From NCBI GenBank assembly GCA_964016885.1, contig OZ024743.1:32674001-32738000 (forward strand): a stretch of 64,000 nucleotides of DNA. Direction: 5' to 3'. The notes beneath the pieces are model-generated. The model saw nothing but the letters and a program-made list of their open reading frames with translations. It was not told the DNA's origin and made no database searches. A program made the position numbers and the translations under genes. This stretch comes from Eledone cirrhosa (Eukaryota). Shown here in pieces: positions 1 to 12,800 of this stretch. The stretch's first letter is position 1; each line of letters starts with the position of its first letter.

Positions 1-696
1 GGTGGTGTTAATGTTGATAGTGGTGGTGTTATTGTTGATGGTGGTGGTGTTATTGTTGATAGTGGTGGTGTTATTGTTGATAGTGGTGGTGGTATTATTG
101 TTGATGGTGGTGGTGGTATTATTGTTGATGGTGGTGGTGGTATTATTGTTGATGGTGGTGGTGGTATTATTGTTGATGGTGGTGGTGGTATTATTGTTTG
201 AGGTGATGGAGCTGCTGTTATTGTTGATGGTGGTGGTGGTGGTAGTAGTGGAGCTGCTGTTATTGTTGATGGTGGTAGTAGTGGAGTTGCTGTTATTGTT
301 GATGGTGGTGGTGGTAGTAGTGGAGCTGCTGTTATTGTTGATGGTGGTGGTGGTAGTAGTGGAGTTGCTGTTATTGTTGATGGTGGTGCTGTTATTGTTG
401 ATGGTGGTGGTGTTATTGTTGATAGTGGTGGTGGTGTTATTGTTGATAGTGGTGGTGCTGTTATTGTTGATAGTGGTGGTGCTGTTATTGTTGATAGTGG
501 TGGTGGTGTTATTGTTGATGGTGGTGGTGGTGTTAATGTTGATAGTGGTGGTGGTGTTATTGTTGATGGTGGTGTTAATGTTGATAGTGGTGGTGGTGTT
601 ATTGTTGATAGTGGTGGTGTTATTATTGATAGTGGTGGTGGTGTTATTGTTGATGGTGGTGGTGGTGGTGTTGTTGTTGATAGTGGTGGTGGTGTT
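1..696. repeat. GGT/GAT/GTT-triplet minisatellite (units of about 18-27 bp, e.g. gttattgttgatagtggtggt)
   Basis: Visible tandem low-complexity array. It resumes at 3376 on the far side of the LTR element. Confidence 0.95.
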
Positions 697-3375
697 TTCG
701 CAGTATTAGTTGTTGATGTTATCGCCTCTTTAGCAGGGTGGTAGAATCAGTGGTCGTTAGTTGCCAGTGTGGTAAGTGATAGTATCCTCGCTGGATTATC
801 TTGTTGACATAGACGTAAGGGAAGGTCCCTCGATCTATTTACCATCTATTTACAATATTCCTTTCGTCAGGTCACCAATTCCAGCAGCATGGATTAAAGT
901 TGTCACTGAGACACGAGTAACATAATAACGACTTCAACCGCAGTAATTAGAGATGCAATGTTTGTTTATTTATATGGTTGAAGTTACAGATAAAAAGAGG
1001 TTACAAAAGGGAATGTGCCATTGCGCCGTTAAGCCGGCGAGGCTAGTGGTGCAATATCTCACTGTTACATTATGCGTGTTGCTGGCTCGAAGTTTCTGGT
1101 ACAAGAGAGAGATTCTTCAAATCTTCGCGGGGAATTTCTTCCTCAGGGCGCGTAGGGATACATCCTCTTCTACTGGCGCTGATTGGCTGAACTGAGCCAA
1201 ATCACGCACAGAGAATGTATGTGAGCCCGCGGAATGTAGGTCACTACATCACTTCCAACCAGATTTTCAGCCGAAAATCGATAACGAAGAAACCAAGGAC
1301 CCACATATTATTGAATCAGCAAGAACAAATGCTGAAAGAGCACATCAGCGAAAAAATAATTGAGCAGAAGGTTGCATGCAAGAACAAAAAATGAGGCGCT
1401 ACGGGCCGTGTTGAGCCGCTGTGTCAAATGACCAATTGTTTTGTTGTTTATACGTGACCGCCAAAGGTCTAACAAAAAACGGATAAAGTCTGACATGGGC
1501 GAAGTTGCTGTTCTTGCATTAAATGTTAATGGTAAGCGTTGTACCAGTAGCTGTGAACGAAGCTATTATGGTAGTTTACCAGTGCTGGCGAGAAAATGAT
1601 GGCCCCCAGATGTATTGTCGAATGTGCTGTGGAGCCAGGAAAAAATGGCTGGTTGCTTTGTAAAGAACAAAAGGCAAGTTTAATCTGTAGGTGGGTTGCA
1701 GTGTAAATTCCATAATTCGAGCGAATCCACAGAAGTGGCTGAAATATTGACAAGTCCAGTTCAATTTGTTGCCTTCCCAGCGTGTCGGGCAAAAACAACA
1801 AGACGGATGGCCGTCATGGACGATCAGTGTGCAACGAGATGCGAAGCTGTTTGAGTTCAGCTGCAATTAGAATTCTCGTGTTGCGGTGCCTGTTTGAATC
1901 CAGTGGATTAAGCTCTGTGAGCTGCCAGCATCTCAACCAGGTGAAAAGGGACTCGCAGAATATTACGTTTGAAGAACATATACCAAGAACAACATGTTGG
2001 TGTGTGATAAAAAAAATGTGTGCATATGCAGGCATGTAAAACAGCAAAGAATGTGAATGAACAAAAACCATGAGCAAGCAAATAGCAAAAGAGCACAAAA
2101 CAAGTAAATGCATTCTACAAAGAAATATGTGAATGTAACAAACGGATAATTCAAAGTCAATCTAGGGGAGCAGAGAAATTGCTCAATATGTTCAAAGTTT
2201 TTCAAAGTCAAATAGTTCACACATCACCAGTGTACAGACACTAGTTCTATCTGAAAAAGAAGTTTGTTAATGCCGTTAGGGGTTAGATGTATGGTGTTTT
2301 TGTGAGATTTCGTGGCCACCTTACCGTCTCGCCACACGGTAGTGTTGCTTATTGTTAAAGCAATGTCAAAGAATCTTCTGTAGAGTAGGAGTCACCAAAT
2401 ATGGCAGCCATGTCTGACGCCATAATGGTGAGAAAAACTACTGTCTCAATTTCTCGCGTCCCTGTGGTAACGAGACAGAAGGTATGGTGGTTGCGTCGGT
2501 AAAGTTACAAGCCGTTTTGAAATTTCCGATGTGTGGTGGTTGGCGTCGGTAAGGTTATGAAGCTGCCACTCACTGTTCCCTGTATTGGTCAGTGGTTAAA
2601 CAACGCTGTCGCTGCTGCTGTCATTGTTGTTGTCAAGCGTAGCCATGACATGTCGGTAGCCATCTTGAAATTTTTTTCGTGGCGAAAAAGTTTTTGAAAT
2701 ACTGCTAATTTTTCAAAAATCTTAAAAGGAATATTCTGGATTTTCGCAAGTTGCGACGTGGCAATAAAAGTTAAACTGAATGAATAAGAAGGGCTGCGTG
2801 ATATTCTTACGTCGGTCACCACTTTAGCAGTATTAGTTGTTGATGTTATCGCCTCTTTAGCAGGGTGGTAGAATCAGTGGTCGTTAGTTGCCAGTGTGGT
2901 AAGTGATAGTATCCTCGCTGGATTATCTTGTTGACATAGACGTAAGGGAAGGTCCCTCGATCTATTTACCATCTATTTACAATATTCCTTTCGTCAGGTC
3001 GCCAATTCCTGCAGCATGGATTAAAGTTGTCACTGAGACACGAGTAACATAATAACGACTTCAACCGCAGTAATTAGAGATGCAATGTTTGTTTATTTAT
3101 ATGGTTGAAGTTACAGATAAAAAGAGGTTACAAAAGGGAATGTGCCATTGCGCCGTTAAGCCGGCGAGGCTAGTGGTGCAATATCTCACTGTTACATTAT
3201 GCGCGTTGCTGGCTCGAAGTTTCTGGTACAAGAGAGAGATTCTTCAAATCTTCGCGGGGAATTTCTTCCTCAGGGCGCGTAGGGATACATCCTCTTCTAC
3301 TGGCGCTGATTGGCTGAACTGAGCCAAATCACGCACAGAGAATGTATGTGAGCCCGCGGAATGTAGGTCACTACA
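697..3375 (-). mobile_element. Non-autonomous LTR retrotransposon, probably Gypsy-derived (TRIM/LARD-like). LTRs at 697-1248 and 2824-3375.
   Basis: 552-bp direct repeats at offset 2127 with about 4 differences seen. Each LTR starts TGTAGTG on the minus strand. 5-bp TSD GTGTT (692-696 and 3376-3380). PBS TGGTGACCGACGT next to the 5' LTR resembles the tRNA-Trp PBS TGGTGACCCCGACGT. Purine-rich GGTTGGAAGTGA precedes the 3' LTR. No intact gag/pol ORF in the 1.6-kb interior. Confidence 0.9.
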
Positions 3376-3930
3376 GTGTTATTGTTGATAGTGGTGGTGG
3401 TGTTATTGTTGATGGTGGTGGTGGTGTTATTGTTGATAGTGGTGGTGTTATTGTTGATAGTGGTGGTGGTGTTATTATTGGTGGTTGTGGTGGTGTTATT
3501 GTTGATGGTGGTAGTGGTGTTATTGTTGATAGTGGTGGTGGTGTTATTGTTGGTAGTTGTGGTGGTGTTATTGTTGATAGTGGTGGTGGTGTTATTGTTG
3601 ATGGTGGTGGTGGTGTTATTGTTGATAGTGGTGGTGTTATTGTTGATAGTGTTGGTGTTATTGTTGATAGTGGTGGTGGTGTTATTGTTGATGGTGGTGG
3701 TGGTGTTATTGTTGATAGTGATGGTGTTATTGTTGATAGTGGCGGTGGTATTATTGTTGATGGTGGTGTTATTGTTGATGGTGGTGGTGGTGGTGTTATT
3801 GTTGATAGTGGTGGTGTTATTGTTGATGGTGGTGGTGGTGTTATTGTTGATAGTGGTGGTGTTATTGTTGGTGGTGGTGGTGGTGTTATTGTTGATAGTG
3901 TTTGTGCTGTTATTGTTGCTGGTGCTGGTT
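3376..3930. repeat. Continuation of the GGT/GAT minisatellite
   Basis: Same unit as 1-696. Confidence 0.95.
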
Positions 3931-4531
3931 CTTATCCGTTTAATATTTTGAGACTGATGTCTAACCATTATGTACCCCTTATTCAAACAGAATAATTTTG
4001 GAGATGTGCAGTGATATAATTATAATTTGAGGTATATTGCTAGTGCTTCTTTTATGGTCAAGCTCCATAGAAGACAGGAAGCCAGCAATAGAAACTAATA
4101 GGATACTTGTCAATTTTACACTGCTGCCTCTGTGGCTGTTTCCTTCAATAAGGTAATGCGTCATATGATAGGTGATTTCTTTCCTTTACTTAACCAGATA
4201 GTGAGTTGTAACATCATTCATTGAATAATGTCTTGGTATGCATTTTCTGTTAACATTAATTCTAATGACAGTTTATTCAGGGAATGTGTTACAACTTACT
4301 ATTCAGTTTAAATGAGAAAGAGCCACTCACCTATTGCATAATATGTAAAAACATTAAAGGAAAGTGGAATCATGTTATTCATATTTTAGTAAGTTTGATA
4401 TGAAACATACCTCTTATTAACTGCAAGTAACAATTAAAGACCATCTTTACACTGCTTTTTAAATCTTGGATCATTTATATCAGTCTATAAGACTTCCAAT
4501 TCTCTTTACAAATGCAGTAACATATTTTTAA

Positions 4532-4709
4532 CCTCTTTCAGTTCAAACTGGCCAAAACCAGCCACTCATACTGTTGTTAAGGTATTGTTCTCAAAATAAA
4601 TAACATAAAAATCTCATAACATTCGATATTATGTTAGATAATTATGTGAGGTAAAACCTTTACTGTGAGAATTCAATAGTAAATATAGAGTAATTTAAAT
4701 ACTAAAAGG
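4532..4709. mobile_element. Degraded TTAA-flanked (piggyBac-type) MITE
   Basis: TTAA at both ends with CCT...AGG termini. The aaactggcca motif is shared, in reverse orientation, with the 9463 and 63361 elements. Confidence 0.5.
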
Positions 4710-4787
4710 TTAATGAGTGATGAACAAGGCTAACTCACAAAAATAAGCCAAATTCTATCTACACTTATTTAGATGACATTATTGTAT

Positions 4788-4975
4788 GCAGCAGTGAATT
4801 GGCAGTATTGGTAGAGGGTTGGACGCCTTTCTTTGACGCATAGAGTTACGGCCCTTGCCATTCTGAGTTCAAATCCCACCGAGATTAACTTTGCCTTTCA
4901 ACCTTACAGGGTCGATAAAATAAAGTACCAGTAATGTACTAGGTAATTGCTGGCCTTGTGCCAATAGTAGAAACA
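4788..4975 (+). mobile_element. tRNA-derived SINE (family S1, with a Nin/Deu-like central core)
   Basis: A-box-like TGGCAGTATTGG, B-box GAGTTCAAATCC, core ...GGGTCGATAAAATAAAGTACCAG, 3' end GTAGAAACA. TSD ATTATTGTAT (4778-4787 and 4976-4985). Confidence 0.9.
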
Positions 4976-5149
4976 ATTATTGTATTGTATTCAGTAGAGA
5001 CATTTTTGTCATGTGTAAAATATTCTATCAAGAATGCATTTTTAGTAAAACAAGCATCAATTTCCTTGGTTATTGCATTCAAGACCACCAAATAACAACC
5101 AACCACCAATATATTGATTATTCTTAAATGCCTTAAAATTCCTACTTCT

Positions 5150-5720
5150 AAAATGAAACTTGCAAAAATCACTGGGCTGCTATTTTATTGCAGCAAATGG
5201 CTGTGTACATATTTCTGATAAGGTAAGATCCTTAATGAAATGTACCACTTCTATTGCTCAAGAAGCTCTTAGTGTTTTCCAAACCATTAAAATCAATATA
5301 GAAAATGTTTGCCTCTATGCTATTCACAACTTCATTCCATTTATAGTAGAGACCAGTGTTTCAGACACTGTTCTTACTGCAACATTTTCACAAGAGGGTG
5401 TCCTATTGATTTATTCTTCTTTCACACCCTTTCCAAGAATGAATTACTATACTTTCTATTGTTGAGGGAGAAGCTACCACAGTTGTTGAGTGCTTATAAA
5501 AATTGTCACACTATCTAAGGAGACACTTTACTCTCATTACAGACCAATCATCCAATATATGTATTATAAATTCCATAAAGAATGACAAAATATTATGCTG
5601 GGGTGGGGTCCAACTTTATTTCTTTAGTTGTAACATTTACTATCAACAAGATTACAAATTCCTTCAATTTATTTGTAATGAATTGTATCACTCATGTGTG
5701 AGATCATTGTTGTAGAGGCA
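5150..5720 (+). pseudogene. Decayed Ty3/Gypsy pol remnant (RT connection and RNase H)
   Basis: Broken frames give PFIVETSVSDTVLTATFSQEG (compare PFxVETDASD..ATLxQxG), EGEATTVVEC..SHYLRRHFTLITDQSS and IKNDKILCW. Stops and frameshifts are present. Boundaries approximate. Confidence 0.75.
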
Positions 5721-6116
5721 AAAATTATTTGTTTTCTACTATGGATGGGCATAAAGTCTCTTAAATTAAAGATGCTTCAAACTAAAATCTGAACTTCTCA
5801 GGCTAAGGAACACATTTCATTAGAATATCAGTATCTTGAGAGAAACACATATTTTTAGTATCAGTATAAGAATATTCATGTTATACTTTTGTTTTTCATT
5901 GTTCTTCTATCATCCCTTACTGCGTCAAAAATATATTCTCTCTATATGGAACACCCAGCATTATCCACTGTGATTGAGGAGGTCAGTTCTTGTCTGTCAG
6001 CATGAAAGTTTCTAAAGCAACAAAAGGAATTGGGGAAAGCAGAAGAATTACTTGCAACAAAAAATGGGTAAGGGCAAGGGCTATGAGGCAATTTGGTAGA
6101 CAGTATTGTTGCTTTA

Positions 6117-6275
6117 TCCCTTCTGTTACCATATATCTACTGAAAGACATTGCCTATATTTTAAAAATAACCAATAATTATTGGTTATTTTCAAAATTTT
6201 TAAATAAATTTTTAAAATAAACAATTTTGTATTATTGAAGCAAGGGTGGTTTCAGATAGTATGATATTGAAAGGG
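6117..6275. mobile_element. Degraded CCC...GGG/TTAA MITE, with related remnants near 27470-27700 and 62000-62205
   Basis: Ends in GAAAGGGTTAA. The shared internal motif gtggtttcag.cagt is found inverted at 27480-27505 and direct at 62175-62200. Confidence 0.45.
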
Positions 6276-6790
6276 TTAAAGGCAAAGAAATATCCAGAAT
6301 CCCGTTTGGAGTACTTCTGTAGATAATATTCAAAGTAATTCTATTATTTGATTGTGTGTGCTTCATGTGACTTCTTTTTTATGACTATTCAAAATCCTTT
6401 TGGGGAATCTATTCTATAAAACTCCACACTTCATTAAATGATCTTTGTTACTGATATATCCAGTTAGTTTCTTTCTATCTTCTTGGATAATTTCTCCTGT
6501 AAAAAAAAAATCATGTATACATGCAGAAAGTAAGTATCCTTTACTAGAAGAAAATGAACTTCTGGAATAATATGACAAGTTTCCCTGCATTCAGAAAAGT
6601 AATGGAGTAGCACATTATCTTACTTAATGGTTTATTGAAATAATTAAGCTTATGAAATCAGACAGAACTGCTGGCTCAATTCTTGATCTTCATAACTTCC
6701 AACTCTCATTCTTTGTTGTTCCATAACAATATTTTTCAAGAGGGGAAACTTTCTTAGCAGCTGTGAAAGTGACATTATTTCACTGACCCT

Positions 6791-6979
6791 TAGGGGGTTG
6801 GATTGGCAGTATCGGTAGATGGTCGGACGCTATGCTTTGATACATTGAGTTAAGGCCCTTGTCATTCTGACTTCAAATCCCACCAAGGTTAACTTTGCCT
6901 TTCATCCTTACGAGGTCGATAAAATAAAGTACCAGTAATGCACTGGGTAATTGCTGGCCTTGTGCCAAAAGTAGCAACA
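6791..6979 (+). mobile_element. tRNA-derived SINE (family S1)
   Basis: Homologous to 4788-4975. 17-bp TSD ATTATTTCACTGACCCT (6774-6790 and 6980-6996). Confidence 0.92.
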
Positions 6980-7099
6980 ATTATTTCACTGACCCTGTCA
7001 TGCCAGTCATTGCTATTGAGGAAATTTGTCATTTAAAGAAAATTACCAAACTACCTGAAAGATATATTTTCTAACTTTATAGTTATGTTAAATGAACGA

Positions 7100-7430
7100 T
7101 AAAACACAGATGAGTTGAGAGAAAAACTGAGTATAAGAAGTGTTGGATAGTGCATACAAAAGAGAAGTCTATACTGGTATGGATATGTAAAGCATATGGT
7201 TAATGACAGATGGGTAAAGAAGTGCCAGCAGTTCCAAGTGGTAGGGAGCTGTGGAAAAGAAAGACTAAGGAATATATGGGCAAAAGTGATGAAAGTTGAT
7301 CCCAGGATGTTGAACTTCATAATGGAGATGACAAAAGAATTCAGTAAATGTCAAGACAGTATTTTGGGGAAGACCTATCCAACCCATGTAATCGTTGTAA
7401 AGCAGATGGAATAATGATAATGATGATGAT
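7100..7430 (+). mobile_element. Old, decayed RTE LINE 3' end with (GAT)n tail
   Basis: Translation RLYWYGYVKHMVNDRWVKKC...GSCGKERLRNIW aligns with RLRWYGHVMRMKDDSCIKRC...GRPKMTW of the younger RTE copies. Ends in gataatgatgatgat. Confidence 0.7.
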
Positions 7431-7823
7431 CATCATCATCATCATCACCGTTTTACGTCAGTTCTTCCACGCTAGCATGGGTTAGACGGGTTGTCCTGTT
7501 GTGGGCAGTGTCCGGTCAGCTGACCTTGTCTTGCTCATACGGGAACTGATTCTGGCTGTATTTCTACAGCTGGATGCCCTTCCTAACATCAACCTCATTT
7601 ACAGTGAGTGCTGGGTGCTTTTTTGCTGTAGCACCTCCACGACCACTTTGCAGTGGAATGATAGGAACCCCAGTCCCTATCATCTCATTTCTACAGCTGA
7701 GTAAACTGGAGCAATGTGAAATAAAGTGTCTTGCTCAAGGAAACAACACATCACCCAGTCCGAGAATTGAACTCACAACCTTTCGATTGCAAGCCCAATG
7801 CTCTAACCACTAAGCCTTGTGCC
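7431..7823 (-). mobile_element. CORE-type tRNA SINE head joined to an RTE-derived 3' tail ending in (GAT)n
   Basis: Minus strand reads GGCTTAGTGGTTAG (A-box), GAGTTCAATTC (B-box) and CCTTGAGCAAGACACTT (CORE-like). 7431-7655 is closely similar to the RTE 3' UTR at 22741-22990. Confidence 0.8.
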
Positions 7824-8998
7824 TTCATGATGTATAATCAAATTTAATTTTACATTAGTTTTACACTATTGTTAACTTTCACTAATTTTTTTTTTGTACA
7901 AATGTAATTCTATATTCCTTTTATATTGTAATGTGTCATGCAATGGAGATCTTTTTCTTACTTATACCAGATACTAAGTTGTAACATAATTTGTTGAATG
8001 ATGTATTCTTATATGGCTTTTTATTACCAATTCTTCTTACAACTACATTTAATTATATCTGAATGAACAGAGCTGTTGAGAATTATGTTTCCTTGGCCAT
8101 GAGCACAAAGCTGAAGTGATGATAGGATGTAGATATCTAACTCTTCATCTAGCTGTTAGGTAACATACTGACCAGGATATCAGTGACTTCTGAACATACC
8201 CAAGCCAGTTATCAGATACCCTACTGAAACATGAGCAGCTGGTGAAGTTCAGAGAAAACTGTTGTTTATTCTTAGAACCTAGAAAGATTGTGAAAGATGT
8301 TTGAAAGAGAAAGTGACAAGAGATTGAGGATTCCAATAGAGCAATGTTTCTCACATGGAACCATGCTCCAACTGGAATGCAAATTGCTCTGACAATGCAG
8401 CAAAACTCTCACAGTCAAATTCTCTATTGAAATGTCAAATTTGAAGTCAATTTCAGCAGAAACCACTCTGCTACTTCAACTCATACTGTAACATTGATCT
8501 TCTACTGAAGTAACAACAGGAGTTTCATTGACTAATAATTGTTTCTACTTATGATGATCTCCAAACAAAATCTCAATCTCAATGCAGTTCTAGCTTACTT
8601 AATAATGGAATTTACAGAAGATACATTTAGAATATTTCTCAATATGTCTACCAAATAGAAGTGTGCTATGAACAATTTAGAAGAATTATTTTCTTTCTAA
8701 TCAAAGTTGTATATTTGTTTTCTCAATAATTAATCATCTGTAAAAGTATAGTCATGTGCTCGAATCTTAAGCCATGTGTTGTATTCCTGAAAAGTTACGA
8801 AACTTTCTTCAGGCTACAGTTTACTTGTCAATTAACAGGCACCAGCTTTATTTCATGCTGGAAACCTTAACAGTAGAAAACGAAATCAACCAGCCTGTCC
8901 ATGCTTGCAGAGAAAATAAATATGAAATAACAAAAATTAGGAAGAATAAAAACTTCAAATGTGTACTTCCCAAATTAAAATAGAAGTATCTCATAGAA

Positions 8999-9337
8999 CA
9001 GCAGTCGCCAATGGGTGGTTCACGGACCACTGGTGGTCCAAGAGAAAATTTTGGTGGTCTGCAGAAAAATTTGGGCATTATTTACTTTAAAGATTTTGTT
9101 ATGATTACATAATCATTTATAATTTTTTTATAATTAAATAATCATTTACAATTTTTTTTATAATCAAATAAGCATTTATAATTTTTTTATATTTAATAGA
9201 TGCATTTCATATTAATAAAATGAAAGTTTTCTTATCATTATTTTACAAATGTATTTATTTCTTTAAAAAAATTCATATAAATGGTCTGCAGGATTTAAAA
9301 TTATGAATTTAGTAGTCTGAAAGTTTGGTCACCGCTG
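8999..9337. mobile_element. hAT (Charlie-like) MITE
   Basis: TIRs CAGCAGTCGCCAA / TTGGTCACCGCTG. 8-bp TSD TCATAGAA / CCATAGAA with central TA. Subterminal GGACCAC/GTGGTC repeats. Confidence 0.8.
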
Positions 9338-9462
9338 CCATAGAATATGTAGTCCTCTAAAGACTTTATAGGATATGGTTTATGCAGTAGGTATGTTCTT
9401 CCAAACAGTATAACAACTTACTGTGAGTATTTGTGGCATGTTTCAGTAGCAAAATACTTTAA

Positions 9463-9670
9463 CCCATTACCCTTTACAATACAGTCTATATACTATTGTA
9501 TTTTTGTGGTAAAGGCTTTATCTCACATAATATCGAAGCTACGAGATGTTGATGTTATTTATTTTGAGAACAATACCTTATCATTGGTATGAGTGGCCAG
9601 TTACAGCTGGTTAGAATAGTAAGAGGTGAGAGAATTCTGGCTGGATATGGCCAGTTTAAATGCTAAAGGC
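9463..9670. mobile_element. piggyBac-type MITE with TTAA TSD
   Basis: TTAA-CCCATTACC...TGCTAAAGGC-TTAA. Homologous along its length to 63361-63708. Confidence 0.75.
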
Positions 9671-9853
9671 TTAAATACGAGTAGTCAAATAACTTATTCA
9701 GTTAGCCTATCTAAATATACAATCATTACTAAATGTATGATTAGAAAACATGTAGTATCTCACTCAAAGTGTCTTTGGGAAATGATTAAATGAAATGGAG
9801 GTTCTTTAAAATTACCCAAGATAATAAAATCTGATGTAGAGAGATCAATGGAG

Positions 9854-12800
9854 ACAGTATCAATCATACACACTAAGACAGATATCATAACAGTATCAAT
9901 CATACACACTGTAAGACAGTTATCATAACAGTATCAATCATATTCACTGTAAGACAGATATCATAACAGTATCAATCATACACACTGTAAGACAGATATC
10001 ATAAATGTATCAATCATACACACTGTAAGACAGATATCATAACAGTATCAATTATACACACTGTAAGACAGATATCATAACAGTATCAATCATACACACT
10101 GTAAGACAGATATCATAACAGTATCAATCATAAACATTGTAAGACAGATATCATAACAGTATCAATCATACACACTGTAAGACAGTTATCATAACAGTAT
10201 CAATCATACACACTGTAAGACATATATCATAACAGTATCAATCATACACACTGTAAGACAGATATCATAAGAGTATCAATCATACACACTAAGACAGATA
10301 TCAGAACAGTATCAATCATACACACTGTAAGACAGATATCATAACAGTATCAATCGTACACACTAAGACAGATATCATAACAGTATCAATCATACACACT
10401 GTAAGACATATATCATAACAGTATCAATCATACTCACTGTAAGACAGATATCATAACAGTATCAATCATACACACTAAGACAGATATCATAACAGTATCA
10501 ATCAAACACACTGTAAGACATATATCATAACAGTATCAATCATACACACTGTAAGACAGATATCATAACAGTATCAATCATACACACTAAGACAGATATC
10601 ATAACAGTATCAATCATACACACTGTAAGACAGATATCATAACAGTATCAATCATACACACTAAGACAGATATCATAACAGTATCAATCATACACACTGT
10701 AAGACAGATATCATAACAGTATCAATCATGCACACTGTAAGACAGATATCATAACAGTATCAATCATACACACTGTAAGACAGTTATCATAACAGTATCA
10801 ATCATACACACTAAGACAGATATCATAACAGTATCAATCATACACACTGTAAGACATATATCATAACAGTATCAATCATACACACTGTAAGACAGATATC
10901 ATAACAGTATCAATCATACACACTGTAAGACAGATATCATAACAGTATCAATCATACACACTGTAAGACAGATATCATAGCAGTATCAATCATACACACT
11001 GTAAGACAGATATCATAACAGTATCAATCATACACACTAAGACAGATATCATAACAGTATCAATCATACACACTGTAAGACAGATATCATAACAGTATCA
11101 ATCATACACACTAAGACAGATATCATAACAGTATCAATCATACACACTGTAAGACAGATATCATAACAGTATCAATCATGCACACTGTAAGACAGATATC
11201 ATAACAGTATCAATCATACACACTGTAAGACAGTTATCATAACAGTATCAATCATACACACTAAGACAGATATCATAACAGTATCAATCATACACACTGT
11301 AAGACATATATCATAACAGTATCAATCATACACACTGTAAGACAGATATCATAACAGTATCAATCATACACACTAAGACAGATATCATGACAGTATCAAT
11401 CATACTCACTGTAAGACAGATATCATAACAGTTTCAATCATACACACTGTGAGACAGACATCATAACAGTATCAATCATACACACTGTGAGACAGATATC
11501 ATGACAGTATCAATCATACTCACTGTAAGACAGATATCATAACATTATCAATCATACACACTGTAAGACAGATATCATAACAGTATCAATCATACACACT
11601 GTAAGACAGATATCATAACAGTATCAATCATGCACACTGTAAGACAGATATCATAACAGTATCAATCATACACACTGTAAGACAGTTATCATAACAGTAT
11701 CAATCATACACACTAAGACAGATATCATAACAGTATCAATCATACACACTGTAAGACATATATCATAACAGTATCAATCATACACACTGTAAGACAGATA
11801 TCATAACAGTATCAATCATACACACTAAGACAGATATCATGACAGTATCAATCATACTCACTGTAAGACAGACATCATAACAGTATCAATCATACACACT
11901 GTGAGACAGATATCATGACAGTATCAATCATACTCACTGTAAGACAGATATCATAACAGTATCAATCATACACACTAAGACAGATATCATAACAGTATCA
12001 ATCATACACACTGTAAGACATATATCATAACAGTATCAATCATACACACTGTAAGACAGATATCATAACAGTATCAATCATACACACTAAGACAGATATC
12101 ATGACAGTATCAATCATACTCACTGTAAGACAGACATCATAACAGTATCAATCATACACACTGTGAGACAGATATCATGACAGTATCAATCATACTCACT
12201 GTAAGACAGATATCATAACAGTATCAATCATGCACACTGTAAGACAGATATCATAACAGTATCAATCATACACACTGTAAGACAGTTATCATAACAGTAT
12301 CAATCATACACACTAAGACAGATATCATAACAGTATCAATCATACACACTGTAAGACATATATCATAACAGTATCAATCATACACACTGTAAGACAGATA
12401 TCATAACAGTATCAATCATACACACTAAGACAGATATCATGACAGTATCAATCATACTCACTGTAAGACAGACATCATAACAGTATCAATCATACACACT
12501 GTGAGACAGATATCATGACAGTATCAATCATACTCACTGTAAGACAGATATCATAACAGTATCAATCATACTCACTGTAAGACAGATATCATAACATTAT
12601 CAATCATACAAACTGTAAGACAGATATCATAACAGTATCAATCATACACACTGTAAGACAGATATCATAACAGTATCAATCATACTCACTGTAAGACAGA
12701 TATCGATATGATAACATTATCAATCATACTCACTGTAAGACAGATATCATAACAGTATCAATCATACTCACTGTAAGACAGATATCATAACAGTATGAAT

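Noticed and set aside
953-3322. Duplicated 80-aa ORF (953-1195 and 3080-3322)
   Set aside because: It lies within the two LTRs, antisense to the element, with no recognisable domain.
2-3995. VVVLLL, TTINNN and VIVDSGG ORFs
   Set aside because: They come from a triplet-based minisatellite open in several frames on both strands and interrupted by an LTR element.
6299-6498. Possible minus-strand exon after a T-rich acceptor near 6500
   Set aside because: All three frames hit stops, and I see no clear donor or homology.
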